Below, piece after piece: positions 20,932 through 31,583 of a stretch of 64,000 nucleotides of DNA (positions within the stretch are counted from its first letter, which is position 1; every line of letters begins with the position of its first letter). A program made the position numbers and the translations under genes. The DNA comes from Nitrospirota bacterium (GTDB lineage Bacteria > Nitrospirota > Nitrospiria > Nitrospirales > NS-4), in contig CAWBGA010000017.1 in assembly GCA_963788195.1 (NCBI GenBank), positions 800,001 to 864,000 on the forward strand, written 5' to 3'. The notes under the pieces are model-generated. The model was not told where the DNA came from, did not search any database, and worked only from the letters and a program-made list of their open reading frames with translations.

Positions 20932-23736
20932 ATGGCCCGTCAGAACGAGCTTGTCGTCGTCGGCGCGCGACAGCACAACCTCAAAAACATCTCGCTGCGA
21001 ATCCCTCACGACCAGGTCACCGTCATTACCGGCGTCTCCGGGTCGGGCAAATCCTCTTTGGCCTTCGATACCATCTTTGCCGAAGGCCAGTGGCGGTATA
21101 TCGAATCGCTGTCGACCTATGCGCGCATGTTTCTCGAGAAGCTGGATCGTCCCGACGTCGAGCGCCTTGAGAACATCCGACCGGCCATCGCGATCGAGCA
21201 GAAAAATCAGGTTCGCAACTCCCGCTCTACGGTTGGGACGACCACAGAAATCGCCGATCTTCTCCGGCTCCTGTATGCCAAAATAGGCCGGCCTTTTTGT
21301 CCCGACTGCGGAACGGCGGCTCGTGCCTACCAGCCCGCAGACGTCGTCGACGCACTCCTCTCAGAACATCTGGACGACCGCGCCATAGTCCTGTTTGCAC
21401 TCCCGGTGGACTCCGCGTCGACACTCCATCTCCTCCTCCAGGACTTGATTCGTCGTGGGTTCAGCCGCGTTCAGCTTGATGAAGACGTGCTCGACCTTAC
21501 ATCCGATGCGCTCGACGTGATCACGTCAAGGTTGAAAGGCCGGTCTGAAATCCATGTGGTTCTCGACCGGCTGCGCATTCGCGCCGAGGAGCGATCGCGA
21601 TTAGTGGAAGCCATCGAACTCGCATTCCGCGAGGGCCACAACCGGTGTTTAATTCACCTTTTGGGCGTCGGGTTCCGTAGATTCACGGAAAGCTACGGCT
21701 GTCAGTCTTGTGGGCGCGTGTTTGAAAGGCCCAAACCCGCGCTCTTTTCATTCAATCATCCGCTTGGGGCTTGCCCGACGTGCAAGGGATTCGGCAACAA
21801 CCTTCGTTACGATGAAGACCTGATTATCCCGGACAGGAGCAAAAGTCTCGCCGGCGGCGCCATCGAACCCTGGACCAAGCCTTCCGCAGAATGGTGGCAG
21901 CAGCAGATGCTCCTGGGGTTCAAGCGCGGTGGCCTTGACGTCACCAAACCGTACGGAAACCTCACCCCTGAGGAGCGGATCTTTCTATGGGAAGGGACCA
22001 TTGGGAAAACGGGAAAAGCGGCCGTCGAAGGCATCCATGCTTTCTTCAAGTATCTCGAAGGTAAGCGGTACAAGCTCCACGTGCGGGTCATGCTTAGCCG
22101 TTACCGCAGCCCCTTCTCATGCGAATCGTGTGGAGGCACTCGGTTGCGCCCGGAGGCGCTGGCGGTTCGAGTCGGCGGCCGATCTATTCCTGAAGTGTCG
22201 AACATGACGATCACAGAGACTCAGGAATGGCTCCAGGCGTTGTCCCTCTCCTGCTTTGACCGGGACATTGCCAAAGATATTTTGAAAATGTTGCAGCACA
22301 AGCTCGGATTTCTGAACCGCGTCGGCCTGAGCTATCTTACGCTCTCTCGTCTCACCCGGACTCTATCAGGCGGCGAGGCGCAACGTATCAGCCTTGCCAC
22401 ACAACTAGGCGCCCATCTGACCGGCACCTTGTACGTCCTCGATGAGCCCACGATTGGTTTGCATGCCCGTGATACGCACCGACTTGCAGGTATCCTGGCC
22501 GACTTGGCGAAAGCGGGAAACACCGTTCTCATCGTAGAGCACGACCGGACTATGATCGAATCTGCGGATTTCGTGGTCGAGATGGGACCTGCCGCCGGAG
22601 AGAAGGGCGGTGAAGTGGTCAGGGCTGCACGTTTCCCCGAATTCTTGGCGGATTCGCGGTCGCTTACGGCTCGGTACCTGAGGGGGGAGGAGAACATCAC
22701 CCTTCCCCGCAGGCGTCGATCAGGAACCGGGCAATCGCTCATGCTGGTCGGCGCCCAGGAGCATAATCTCAAAAACATCGCCGTACGAATCCCCCTTGGG
22801 ACACTGACTTGTGTGACCGGAGTCTCGGGCTCCGGCAAAAGCACGCTTGTCCAGGACACTCTGTATCGCGCGCTGGCCCGCGCCTTTCAGCTGGAGAATC
22901 TGCCGATGGGCCGATTCGAAGCCATTCGCGGCATCGAGCATTTACACGGGGTTCGTCTCATCGACCAGGAGCCGATCGGGCGGACACCACGATCCAATCC
23001 GGTCACATATCTCAAGGCCTTTGACGATATTCGGCGTCTGTTCGCGGCGCTGCCGGAGGCGCGCGGCGCCGGGCTCACCGCCGGAGATTTCTCTTTCAAT
23101 ACGACAGGCGGCCGATGCGAAGCCTGCCAAGGCACGGGACTGCAAAAGGTGGAGATGTACTTCTTTGAAGACATGTACGTGACGTGCGAAGCCTGCGAAG
23201 GCCGACGCTTTAAATTGCAGGTGCTCAGCATCAAGTATCGAGGCGCGTCCATCCACGACGTTCTGAACATGACTGTGTCGGAGGCGCAGGCGTTCTTCTC
23301 CGACAGCATGTCACTCGGCGCCAAGTTGCGCCTGCTGTCGTCGATTGGTCTGGCCTATCTACGACTGGGACAACCGGCTACAACACTGTCAGGTGGCGAA
23401 GCTCAACGGCTCAAGATCGCGGCTGAGCTGGTCAAACTCCCGGCTGGCCGAAGGACGAAACAGCGGCTCTTGTACATCATGGATGAGCCTACAACAGGCC
23501 TCCACTTGGACGACGTGAAGAAACTCCTTGCCGTGTTGAACCGGCTTGTGGATGCCGGCCATACCCTGCTTGTGGTCGAGCACAATATGGATGTCATTAA
23601 AACTGCCGATTGGGTGATCGACCTAGGACCCGAGGGTGGAGAGATGGGCGGCGAGGTCGTCGCCATGGGGACGCCGGAGGAAGTGATGGTGGAGCGCGCT
23701 TCGCACACCGGCCACGCGCTAAAAGCTTACCTCTGA
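20932..23736 (+). CDS. uvrA: Excinuclease ABC subunit A
   Basis: GARQHNLKN, two GVSGSGKS Walker A motifs, two LSGGEAQR, Zn-finger CxxC pairs. Confidence 0.95.
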   Translation: MARQNELVVVGARQHNLKNISLRIPHDQVTVITGVSGSGKSSLAFDTIFAEGQWRYIESLSTYARMFLEKLDRPDVERLENIRPAIAIEQKNQVRNSRSTVGTTTEIADLLRLLYAKIGRPFCPDCGTAARAYQPADVVDALLSEHLDDRAIVLFALPVDSASTLHLLLQDLIRRGFSRVQLDEDVLDLTSDALDVITSRLKGRSEIHVVLDRLRIRAEERSRLVEAIELAFREGHNRCLIHLLGVGFRRFTESYGCQSCGRVFERPKPALFSFNHPLGACPTCKGFGNNLRYDEDLIIPDRSKSLAGGAIEPWTKPSAEWWQQQMLLGFKRGGLDVTKPYGNLTPEERIFLWEGTIGKTGKAAVEGIHAFFKYLEGKRYKLHVRVMLSRYRSPFSCESCGGTRLRPEALAVRVGGRSIPEVSNMTITETQEWLQALSLSCFDRDIAKDILKMLQHKLGFLNRVGLSYLTLSRLTRTLSGGEAQRISLATQLGAHLTGTLYVLDEPTIGLHARDTHRLAGILADLAKAGNTVLIVEHDRTMIESADFVVEMGPAAGEKGGEVVRAARFPEFLADSRSLTARYLRGEENITLPRRRRSGTGQSLMLVGAQEHNLKNIAVRIPLGTLTCVTGVSGSGKSTLVQDTLYRALARAFQLENLPMGRFEAIRGIEHLHGVRLIDQEPIGRTPRSNPVTYLKAFDDIRRLFAALPEARGAGLTAGDFSFNTTGGRCEACQGTGLQKVEMYFFEDMYVTCEACEGRRFKLQVLSIKYRGASIHDVLNMTVSEAQAFFSDSMSLGAKLRLLSSIGLAYLRLGQPATTLSGGEAQRLKIAAELVKLPAGRRTKQRLLYIMDEPTTGLHLDDVKKLLAVLNRLVDAGHTLLVVEHNMDVIKTADWVIDLGPEGGEMGGEVVAMGTPEEVMVERASHTGHALKAYL

Positions 23737-23753
23737 TCACGGGTCCTGGCGTA

Positions 23754-23808
23754 CTTCGACAAGCTCAGCACGTTCGGAAGGAAACCGTTCGCCCTGAGCC
23801 TGTCGAAG
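23754..23808. repeat. REP-like inverted repeat CTTCGACAAGCTCAG ... CTGAGCCTGTCGAAG
   Basis: Near-perfect 15-bp arms between the convergent uvrA and recN genes. Confidence 0.7.
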
Positions 23809-23814
23809 GGCGCT

Positions 23815-23868
23815 GCGCCCAGAGGAAAAGGACGCGTCTCGGCGCGTCCGGGGCGGGAGGGTGTAAAA
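23815..23868 (-). repeat. CCNRGA-loop hairpin repeat copy (reverse orientation)
   Basis: Minus strand CACCCTCCCGCCCC-GGACGCG-CCGAGA-CGCGTCC-TTTTCC. Confidence 0.75.
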
Positions 23869-23961
23869 GACCACTCGGCGCCACCCGCTTATTGATCCAG
23901 GATCGTTACGCCCTGCTTTAGTGGCTCCACAATGAACTCCAAGAGTAAGTAAGGAGATGGC

Positions 23962-25644
23962 TCAGGATTGATTAAGCATCTCCTTCGCGGTTTCACGAAT
24001 CTTGGGGGTAATGGTGGCGCCGCCGAGCATGCGCGCGATCTCATCCACGCGCGTAACCTTGTCCAACGCCGTCACATTGGTCACCGTGCGCCCGCCTTTG
24101 ATCACTTTCGACACCGCGAAATGGGATTTTGCCTGCACCGCAATGGGCGCGAGATGCGTGATGCAGAAGACTTGATGGCCGGCCTGGCTCAGCTGCTTCA
24201 GCCGCTTGCCGACGACTTCCGCCACGGCGCCCCCGATGCCGGCGTCCACCTCATCAAAAACGAGAACCGGCACCTGGTCCAGCGCCGCCAGAGTACTTTT
24301 GATCGCGAGCATCACGCGCGACAGCTCCCCGCCGGAGGCGATGCGACTCAGGGGCTGCGGAGGCTCTCCAACATTTGCCGAGAAAAGGAACTGCACCGCG
24401 TCCAGGCCGGTGGACTGCAACCCGGAAGCTGCATTGTCGCTCGGCTGCTCCACGATGATTCGGACCCGCGCTCGCTCCATGTGTAAGGCCTTCAACTCCT
24501 TCTCGAGCCGCTGTTCAAGGTCCGCGGCCGCTTTCACGCGCTTTCGTGACAACCCTTCCGCCTGCTTGCGGGCCATGGTGGAGACCTCCATCACCTCAGC
24601 AGAGAGCCGGTCCAGGTCGGCGTCCAGATTCTCGACCTCGTGAAGCTGCTGCTCGGCCTCACGACCCCGCCCCATGATCTCCTCTACGGAACCACCGTAT
24701 TTCTTCATGAGCCGGTGGAGAAGATCCAAACGTTCCTCGATTTTGTCCAATCGCTCCGGGTCGAAGTCCAGGCGATCCCGATAGTCCCTCAATCGGTGCG
24801 CGAGATCAGCCATCTCGGTGACGACCGATTCAAACCGCTCCCGATCGGCGAGAAGCTCCGTATCAATGGCCGCGATGTCTTTGAAGGGCCCGGCAAGCGC
24901 CCGCAATCCTTCGAGAACTGAGGGTTCCTCCTCGTCGAGGGGGCCATAGATCTGCTGAACGAGTTCTGCCAGGCGTCGACCTTCAGAGAGCAACAGACGC
25001 TCGTGCTCAAGTTCGCGATCCTCGCCGGCACGTAAATGAGCTCCGGTGATTTCATCAACCTGGTGGCGCAAAAAATCCTCGCTCGCCTGTCGCTCTGTTC
25101 TCAGTCTTTGCGCATCCTCCAGTCGTCTGTTCAGCTCCCGCATCGTGGCAAAGAGAGCGGCATACTGGGTCCGCGCCTCCATCAGGCCACCAAAGGCATC
25201 AAGCAACTCCAGTTGCACAGCGGGTTTGAAGAGAGATTGCTGATCGTGCTGGCCGTGGATGTCTATGAGAAGCCCGCGTAGAGCCTGGAGCACACCAAGC
25301 GATGCCGGATGGCCATTCACATGTATGCGATGGCGCCCGGAGCGAGCAAGAATACGCCGAAGGATGAGTTCCGTTTCCGGCAGGCCGAGAAGATCCTGGG
25401 CCTTCAGCATGGCGACGACTTGGCCGTCGTGTGGGAGGTTAAAAACCGCCGACACCTCGGCTTCCTCGGCGCCTGTTCGAATCAGGTCAGCCGAGGCGCG
25501 CCCGCCAATGAGAAGATCCAGGGCATCGACCAGGATGGACTTTCCGGCGCCGGTCTCACCGGTCAGGACAGTAAAGCCCTCTGAGAATTCGAGCCCGACC
25601 TCCTCTACAATTGCGAAGTTCCGGATGCGGAGCTCGGTCAGCAC
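23962..25644 (-). CDS. recN: DNA repair protein RecN
   Basis: LTGETGAGKS, IHGQHDQQ, ASGGELSR, FDEVDAGIGG. Confidence 0.96.
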   Translation of the reverse strand: MLTELRIRNFAIVEEVGLEFSEGFTVLTGETGAGKSILVDALDLLIGGRASADLIRTGAEEAEVSAVFNLPHDGQVVAMLKAQDLLGLPETELILRRILARSGRHRIHVNGHPASLGVLQALRGLLIDIHGQHDQQSLFKPAVQLELLDAFGGLMEARTQYAALFATMRELNRRLEDAQRLRTERQASEDFLRHQVDEITGAHLRAGEDRELEHERLLLSEGRRLAELVQQIYGPLDEEEPSVLEGLRALAGPFKDIAAIDTELLADRERFESVVTEMADLAHRLRDYRDRLDFDPERLDKIEERLDLLHRLMKKYGGSVEEIMGRGREAEQQLHEVENLDADLDRLSAEVMEVSTMARKQAEGLSRKRVKAAADLEQRLEKELKALHMERARVRIIVEQPSDNAASGLQSTGLDAVQFLFSANVGEPPQPLSRIASGGELSRVMLAIKSTLAALDQVPVLVFDEVDAGIGGAVAEVVGKRLKQLSQAGHQVFCITHLAPIAVQAKSHFAVSKVIKGGRTVTNVTALDKVTRVDEIARMLGGATITPKIRETAKEMLNQS

Positions 25645-25653
25645 ATGGTTGAC

Positions 25654-25989
25654 TTACGCAGCAGGCGCCAGCAGTCGGTCGATAGCGTCTTTGAGGATCT
25701 TTTTGGGGACGGCCCCGACGACCTTATCCACCGCTTCGCCGCCTTTGAAAAAGAGCAGGGTGGGAATGCTCATAATCCCGTAGCGACTCGCGACGTCCGG
25801 ATTCTCATCCGTGTTGAGCTTCATCACCTTGAGCTTGCCGTTATACTCCGTAGCAAGCTCGTCTACGATGGGGCCCACCATCTGGCACGGCCCGCACCAC
25901 ACCGCCCAAAAATCGACCAGGACGAGGCCCTGGGCCTTGTCAACTTCCGCGCTCCAGGTCGCGGAGCTCACAGGGGTAGCCTTACTCAC
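25654..25989 (-). CDS. trxA: Thioredoxin
   Basis: DFWAVWCGPC; GTG start after GGAGG SD (the 230-aa ORF over-extends it). Confidence 0.93.
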   Translation of the reverse strand: MSKATPVSSATWSAEVDKAQGLVLVDFWAVWCGPCQMVGPIVDELATEYNGKLKVMKLNTDENPDVASRYGIMSIPTLLFFKGGEAVDKVVGAVPKKILKDAIDRLLAPAA

Positions 25990-26096
25990 GATGTTACCTC
26001 CGAAGGTTGCTAATGATGATGGTTGTTCTCGTGGAAATCCTAGCCCACGCATCCAAACCCTGTCAATGTCGGACATTCTCCTCTCGGAGCAGAGAT

Positions 26097-26179
26097 AAAA
26101 TGGGGTCAGACTCGATTTTTTCGTTGAGTCCATCCCACCCAGCGCCAAGCTTCCGAGAAATCGAGTCTGACCCCATTTT
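26097..26179. repeat. 22-bp perfect inverted repeat (AAAATGGGGTCAGACTCGATTT), REP-like
   Basis: Arms at 26097-26118 and 26158-26179 between lptD and trxA. Confidence 0.75.
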
Positions 26180-26183
26180 CTTC

Positions 26184-28397
26184 CTAGCGCAGCTTCTGGA
26201 TGTCGAGACCCAGCCGACCAAACAGAGACCGGTACAAACTGCTGTACGGCGAATCCGTATATCCCACCCCGCCTAACGTCAGGACGAAAGCATATTCTGA
26301 CGTATCTCCGGGACGTTGAATATAGAAGGCGCCCACGCCCCAGCAACGGTTCGCCCCCACATAATAGAGCCCGTAATTGATCTCCGGAACCACGCCATCG
26401 TTCCTGTCATAGTAGCCGCGGGTCACAAAGTAAAAGTTGTACGGCAGGGCGGCGCCAAACTGTGCCGCGTAGAAATGTGTGGTCTGTGTCTCCATCAGCT
26501 GTTCATTGAGCGACACTGGAGTAAATAGATCTCCCTTGACCGGAACGGTCCCGGCACGGGTAAAGCGTTCCGAGACCGTGAAGTAGTACCGCTTCGACAG
26601 CTCCACCGTGATATCGGTGTTAATCTGGACGACGGCAGATTCATAATAATTGTAGAAGGTGTCGATATCTATTGTGATGGGAACCGGCTTGATGGTACGC
26701 AAAATCAATTCTGACCGGAGATCCGAAAACGGCTTGCCCGTGGGAGAGGAGGTCAGGTGCTCGCTCTGTGTCAGCCGGAGGTACGCGAACTCCAGGTTTT
26801 GATACGTCTCACCGTCAAAAACCTTGGTCGAGAGCCGGTTCGTGAGGCGATACGTTAGGAGGTTTTTCTTTGTCAGACGATCCAGGTCAGTGTAGACCGG
26901 GATTTCCGATTGGGCCGTGGCAGGGAGGTATTCATATATCAATGCCGGCTCGACTTTGTGCAGAATCGATTCCGCGCCCTTCCGCTGAAACCGCCGGGTC
27001 AGCCGCGTATCCACCAGGGTACTAAAATATGGAGCTTCCCGCGATATGGAGTCCTCCGACGAGATGCGGCGGTTGTAGAAGGTTTCCAGCAAGCCGAGCA
27101 GCGGCGTGATCGTGAAGTAGCGTCCCACCGACAGCGGAGTCCACACGCGCGGGAACAGCTCGACACGGCGACCATCCTCGCCTTCCTGGCGATAAAAGTT
27201 GTCGACGACGGTCTCGAGCGAGCTATAGAGCGGCAGGCTGCCCACCCGCATAGGCAGAATGCTATAACCGACCTCCGGCAGGGTCTGGAGGGTCGTCTTG
27301 TCCGAAAAGGACAGATTCTGCGAATAGCGCGTCAGTCCGTAGAGCACCTGGTTGTCCCAGCGCCGGGTTAAATAGGCGTTAGACTCCTGAAAGACTGCGA
27401 CTCTCTGCAAGATATTTTCGCTCAGGACACTGAGGTTATTTTCCTGATTGAGATAGTTAATATCGATCCGCCCCTGCAGATCCTCCGAAAACTTTGTGAG
27501 ATGGCGATAGAAGACGTCGATCCTGCTCACGCGGGTCTGCGAGTCCCGGAAATATTTCGTGAAGAGCCTGCCTTCAGAATCTTTGGAGAGAATGTAGCGA
27601 TACTCAAAATCGCCGCCGACTCCTAGGTTTCCCCGGTAGTCCAGGGCAACCGTCGCATCTTGGCTTGGGCTGATCTCCCAAAACAGCGCCTGTCGGATTT
27701 TGAAGCCTTGCTTGCTACTGGCGCCAACGGACGGAAAGAGCAAGCCGGTCGAGCGCTCGCGCTTGGCCGGAAACACGACTGCGGGCAGATAGAGGACGGG
27801 AATATCGAGGATACAGAATCGGGCGTTGCGGGCGTACAAAAAGCCATCGAGTTCCAATTGTGCGCGATCAGCCTTGAACTGCCAGGGGACGCGTTCACCC
27901 TCCACTACGCTGCACGTCGTAAATGTGGCGTCTTCGATCACGTATTGATCCTCGGAAAGTCGCTCGAGGACGCGGCCATCCAGGGTAAAATTGCCATCGA
28001 GCATAAAGATGCGGCCGTGAAAGATGACGCCTTTCGACGTATTGATATTGAGGTCCATCCGGTCTGCATGCATGTCGCGCTGGCCATCCTTGAGGTGCAC
28101 ATTTCCGACGGCAACCAATTGCCCCGTCGCCACATTAAGGGTCGCATCGTCGGCGACCAGACGCAGCGGTCCCTGAACCAGAATCACATGACCGGCTCCG
28201 TGATAGGTTTGCGTCGTCTTGTCGTACGTCAAGGTGTCGGCTTGGAGGTGTATCGGACGCGACGGGGCCGGTCCAGGCGTCGGGCCAGGTGTCTGCCCAA
28301 CGGCCGACCATACGGGCATCATGAGCAGCGCCGATAGAATCACCGCTTGAGCGGCGACCTTGCCCGTGAATCTCCGCGCCAGGCTCTTCACGCGCAT
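26184..28397 (-). CDS. lptD: LPS-assembly protein LptD
   Basis: Signal peptide, OstA-like N-domain, ATFTTC...PWQF, RSTGLLFP, beta-barrel, C-terminal CWG. Confidence 0.88.
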   Translation of the reverse strand: MRVKSLARRFTGKVAAQAVILSALLMMPVWSAVGQTPGPTPGPAPSRPIHLQADTLTYDKTTQTYHGAGHVILVQGPLRLVADDATLNVATGQLVAVGNVHLKDGQRDMHADRMDLNINTSKGVIFHGRIFMLDGNFTLDGRVLERLSEDQYVIEDATFTTCSVVEGERVPWQFKADRAQLELDGFLYARNARFCILDIPVLYLPAVVFPAKRERSTGLLFPSVGASSKQGFKIRQALFWEISPSQDATVALDYRGNLGVGGDFEYRYILSKDSEGRLFTKYFRDSQTRVSRIDVFYRHLTKFSEDLQGRIDINYLNQENNLSVLSENILQRVAVFQESNAYLTRRWDNQVLYGLTRYSQNLSFSDKTTLQTLPEVGYSILPMRVGSLPLYSSLETVVDNFYRQEGEDGRRVELFPRVWTPLSVGRYFTITPLLGLLETFYNRRISSEDSISREAPYFSTLVDTRLTRRFQRKGAESILHKVEPALIYEYLPATAQSEIPVYTDLDRLTKKNLLTYRLTNRLSTKVFDGETYQNLEFAYLRLTQSEHLTSSPTGKPFSDLRSELILRTIKPVPITIDIDTFYNYYESAVVQINTDITVELSKRYYFTVSERFTRAGTVPVKGDLFTPVSLNEQLMETQTTHFYAAQFGAALPYNFYFVTRGYYDRNDGVVPEINYGLYYVGANRCWGVGAFYIQRPGDTSEYAFVLTLGGVGYTDSPYSSLYRSLFGRLGLDIQKLR

Positions 28398-28497
28398 CCT
28401 GCGGCCGTGCCTGGTTGCGGCCTCAAGGCCGACCTGAGATCACTTTTTTTCTCGGATTTGGCTCGGTCAAGTTGGGGATGTCCGGCCGGCTGCCTGG

Positions 28498-29817
28498 TCA
28501 TCCCCATAGATCAGACACAGTGGTCTTTTCCAACATTGCCTTGGCTTCCCCGACCACCGCGAGAGAGCCCGTGATGCATATCGTGTCCTCATTCTTTGCG
28601 AGCGCGCGGGCGCGGGTCAGGGCCGTTGGAACCGAGGATGCGATTTCATGCGAAATCGCCAAGCCTGCGACAACCTCAGCCAATTCCTCAGGCTCAGCGG
28701 CTCGTGGATGCATCGACTTGGTAAGAATCACATGGCTCAAGGCGGGAACCTTCGCAAGCCGGGACAAGACTCCCCTTCGATCCTTATCGCGCATCATGCC
28801 GACTATGAGGATGAGGCGCCCTGCTGCCGGTGGACCTGCCACGTGCTGCGCGGTCAGGTAAGACGCCAGTACATCGGCCGCCTGAGGATTATGGGCACCA
28901 TCCAGGAGAATCTGTGGCTGCCACCCCGCCGCCTCAAGCCGGCCCGGCCAGTAGACGGTTCGAAGACCTTCGCGGATACTGGTTTCAGAAATGGTGATTC
29001 CTCGTTCCTGTACCACTTCAAGGACTGCCAGCGCGCAAGCGGCATTGTCTAGTTGATGGCGGCCCGCTAAGGGGCATGCCAAATGGGTATAGGACCGCGA
29101 GATCCCCCGATAGGAGAACTGCGACGAGCTTTCGCCTTCAGTCTCAAAATCGGCGCCGAGAGCACGTGAGGGAGCTGTGTGTCGAGAGGCTACGGCTCGG
29201 ATGACCGAAAGGGGTTGAGGCTCGATCCGTCCGGTAATGACCGGAATACCATGCTTAATAATCCCTGCCTTTTCCCCCGCGATGGCTTCGAGGGTGTCCC
29301 CCAGATACTGCTCATGGTCCAAAGCAATGGTCGTGATCACGGTGGCGAGCGGGGTGACCACATTTGTGGCGTCGAATCGGCCGCCCAGGCCGACTTCCAC
29401 CACAGCTAATTCGACGCCCGTTAACGCAAAATGCATGAAGGCCATCGCCGTTGTGGCCTCAAAGAACGTAGGTGGCTCCCGGAGGCGGGCGTCCGCCACG
29501 TATCGCACGATTTCCGTCAAGTCGCCCACGACCTCATGAGCGATCGGCGCGCCGTTGATCTGAATTCTTTCGGTAAAGTCCAGCAAATGGGGAGAGCTAT
29601 ACAGTCCCACTCGGTATCCTTGCTTCGACAGAACCGAGGCCGTGATCGCCGCAGTCGAACCCTTGCCGTTCGTGCCCGCGATATGAATCACAGGAAACGA
29701 ATGATGTGGATCTCCGAGACCGCTGAGCAGTGCCTTTGTACGGCTCAGGCCAGGCTTAATTCCGTGGCTCTGAAGCGCATAGAGGTACTGAAGACTGTTT
29801 TCGAACGCTGTAGCCAC
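28498..29817 (-). CDS. folC: Folylpolyglutamate synthase / dihydrofolate synthase
   Basis: HIAGTNGKGS, SSPHL, EVGLGGRFDATN, WPGRLE, LDGAHN. Confidence 0.95.
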   Translation of the reverse strand: MATAFENSLQYLYALQSHGIKPGLSRTKALLSGLGDPHHSFPVIHIAGTNGKGSTAAITASVLSKQGYRVGLYSSPHLLDFTERIQINGAPIAHEVVGDLTEIVRYVADARLREPPTFFEATTAMAFMHFALTGVELAVVEVGLGGRFDATNVVTPLATVITTIALDHEQYLGDTLEAIAGEKAGIIKHGIPVITGRIEPQPLSVIRAVASRHTAPSRALGADFETEGESSSQFSYRGISRSYTHLACPLAGRHQLDNAACALAVLEVVQERGITISETSIREGLRTVYWPGRLEAAGWQPQILLDGAHNPQAADVLASYLTAQHVAGPPAAGRLILIVGMMRDKDRRGVLSRLAKVPALSHVILTKSMHPRAAEPEELAEVVAGLAISHEIASSVPTALTRARALAKNEDTICITGSLAVVGEAKAMLEKTTVSDLWG

Positions 29818-29897
29818 CGGTCAAGCTCATCCGGTGTGTTGAAATCGAAGGCTTCTATCACAAATGCGGGAGGCCTGCAACTCGCGGTCTTTTTTGT

Positions 29898-30767
29898 TCA
29901 GGGGGTCCGCGGGAGTTTTTCTGAGTCAGCGCGAAAAAATCCGATCAGATCGGAGACGGTCTCCTTCAATCGCCGGCGGGGCACAATGAGATCAATGATG
30001 CCATGCTCCAGTAAAAATTCGGCCCGTTGGAATTCCTCGGGAAGTTGTTGCCGGATGGTCTGCTCAATGACGCGCGGACCGGCAAATCCAATGAGGGCTT
30101 TAGGCTCCGCCACAATCACATCCCCGAGCATCGCGAAGCTCGCAGTGACCCCGCCGAAAGTCGGATCGGCGAGAATCGAAATATAAGGCACACGTGCTTC
30201 AGCAAGGCGCCCGACGGCCGCCGCAGTCCGCGCCATTTGCATGAGTGACAAAATGCCCTCCTGCATGCGCGCCCCCCCCGATGTCGTCACCAGCACCAGG
30301 GGCATGCGTGCGCGTAAGGCGCGCTCGGCGGCGAGGATCACCTTTTCACCAACGACCGATCCCATGCTGCCCCCCATGAAGGCAAAGTGGAAGACTCCTA
30401 AAGCCAGGCGCTGGCCATTGATGCGGCCTTCGCCGATCACGAGCGCGTCTTTCTTGCCTGTGCGCTCCTGACTATCGACCAGCCGGTCTCGATAACGACG
30501 CGTATCTTTAAAATGAAGAGGATCGGCGGGCGCGAGGTCCCGGTCCCACTCGCGAAAGGTGCCAAGGTCGAGGAGAAGCTCGATCCGGTCCTCCACCGAG
30601 ATGGGAAAATGGTATTCGCATTTGGGACAGACCTTGGAGTTGCGCTCCACTTCCTTCCGGTAGATGATCTCACGGCAGTGGTTACACTTGAGCCACAGGC
30701 CCTCTGACCCGCTGGGCCTTTTTCCGTCAGGGTCGGGCCCCTGGCGTTCCTTTTTGAACCAGGCCAT
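29898..30767 (-). CDS. accD: Acetyl-CoA carboxylase carboxyltransferase beta subunit
   Basis: LWLKC..C...CPKC Zn finger, [20 protein letters not shown]. Confidence 0.96.
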   Translation of the reverse strand: MAWFKKERQGPDPDGKRPSGSEGLWLKCNHCREIIYRKEVERNSKVCPKCEYHFPISVEDRIELLLDLGTFREWDRDLAPADPLHFKDTRRYRDRLVDSQERTGKKDALVIGEGRINGQRLALGVFHFAFMGGSMGSVVGEKVILAAERALRARMPLVLVTTSGGARMQEGILSLMQMARTAAAVGRLAEARVPYISILADPTFGGVTASFAMLGDVIVAEPKALIGFAGPRVIEQTIRQQLPEEFQRAEFLLEHGIIDLIVPRRRLKETVSDLIGFFRADSEKLPRTP

Positions 30768-30769
30768 GA

Positions 30770-31564
30770 TTAAAGCGTAAGGACCTGGCCTTCCTCCACA
30801 AAATGGAGGTTCGGCACCTGCAAGGCCTGAATTTCAGCCTTAATGAGATCTCGGAAGGAGGGCTTCAGATGATAGATATAGAGGGCAATATCGGGACGGC
30901 CGAGCTTCATGATCTCGCGGCGGAGCAGATCTGGAGTTAGATGACCGCTCACTTTGGCGACGTTCTTGAGGTCATTGGGAAACGAGGTTTCAATGAACGC
31001 GGCTCGTAACCGTCGTTCCTGGTTCGCCACCTCCCAGATACGCTGAGTTTCTGCGGTATCCCCGCTGTACACAAAGGCCGTATTCTGATCGCGTACGAGA
31101 AATCCCACGGCGGGAACGGTGTGATTCACCTGTACGGCGATCACTTCAACATTCTCAAGCTGAACCGGCTTCTCGTCGTGCAAGGGTTGGAACAGCAGCG
31201 GAGCGTCCGCAACCGTCGGCAATCTGGTAAAGTCAGGGTATATCTCGCCATTGAAAATGTGCCGGCGTACCAGAGCCAGTACTTCGGGGAGGCCCCAGAC
31301 GTTGATCGGCTTCCCACCGGTCTTGCCCACCATATTGTCGGCAAGCAGCGGCAATCCCTTAATGTGATCGAAATGGGCGTGAGAGAGCAGGACGTGACGG
31401 ATCTTGTGCTGCTCGGATTCGCGCAGGCAGCTCGTAATGGAGCCGGCATCGACCATGCAGCTGTCGTTCACTAGAAATCCGCAAGCCCTGCACTCGTGGG
31501 GCTTTCCTCCGGTATCGCTGGCAATCAGCTCGGAGCCATGGCATCCGAGAATCCTAATGACCAT
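30770..31564 (-). CDS. Class II (metallo-beta-lactamase fold) 3',5'-cyclic-nucleotide phosphodiesterase
   Basis: [45 protein letters not shown]. Confidence 0.85.
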   Translation of the reverse strand: MVIRILGCHGSELIASDTGGKPHECRACGFLVNDSCMVDAGSITSCLRESEQHKIRHVLLSHAHFDHIKGLPLLADNMVGKTGGKPINVWGLPEVLALVRRHIFNGEIYPDFTRLPTVADAPLLFQPLHDEKPVQLENVEVIAVQVNHTVPAVGFLVRDQNTAFVYSGDTAETQRIWEVANQERRLRAAFIETSFPNDLKNVAKVSGHLTPDLLRREIMKLGRPDIALYIYHLKPSFRDLIKAEIQALQVPNLHFVEEGQVLTL

Positions 31565-31583
31565 TACTGTGTGTCCAGAAAGA

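Noticed and set aside
25990..26346. 230-aa extended thioredoxin
   Set aside because: The extension runs through the lptD end and a palindromic repeat; a good SD plus GTG lies at 25989.
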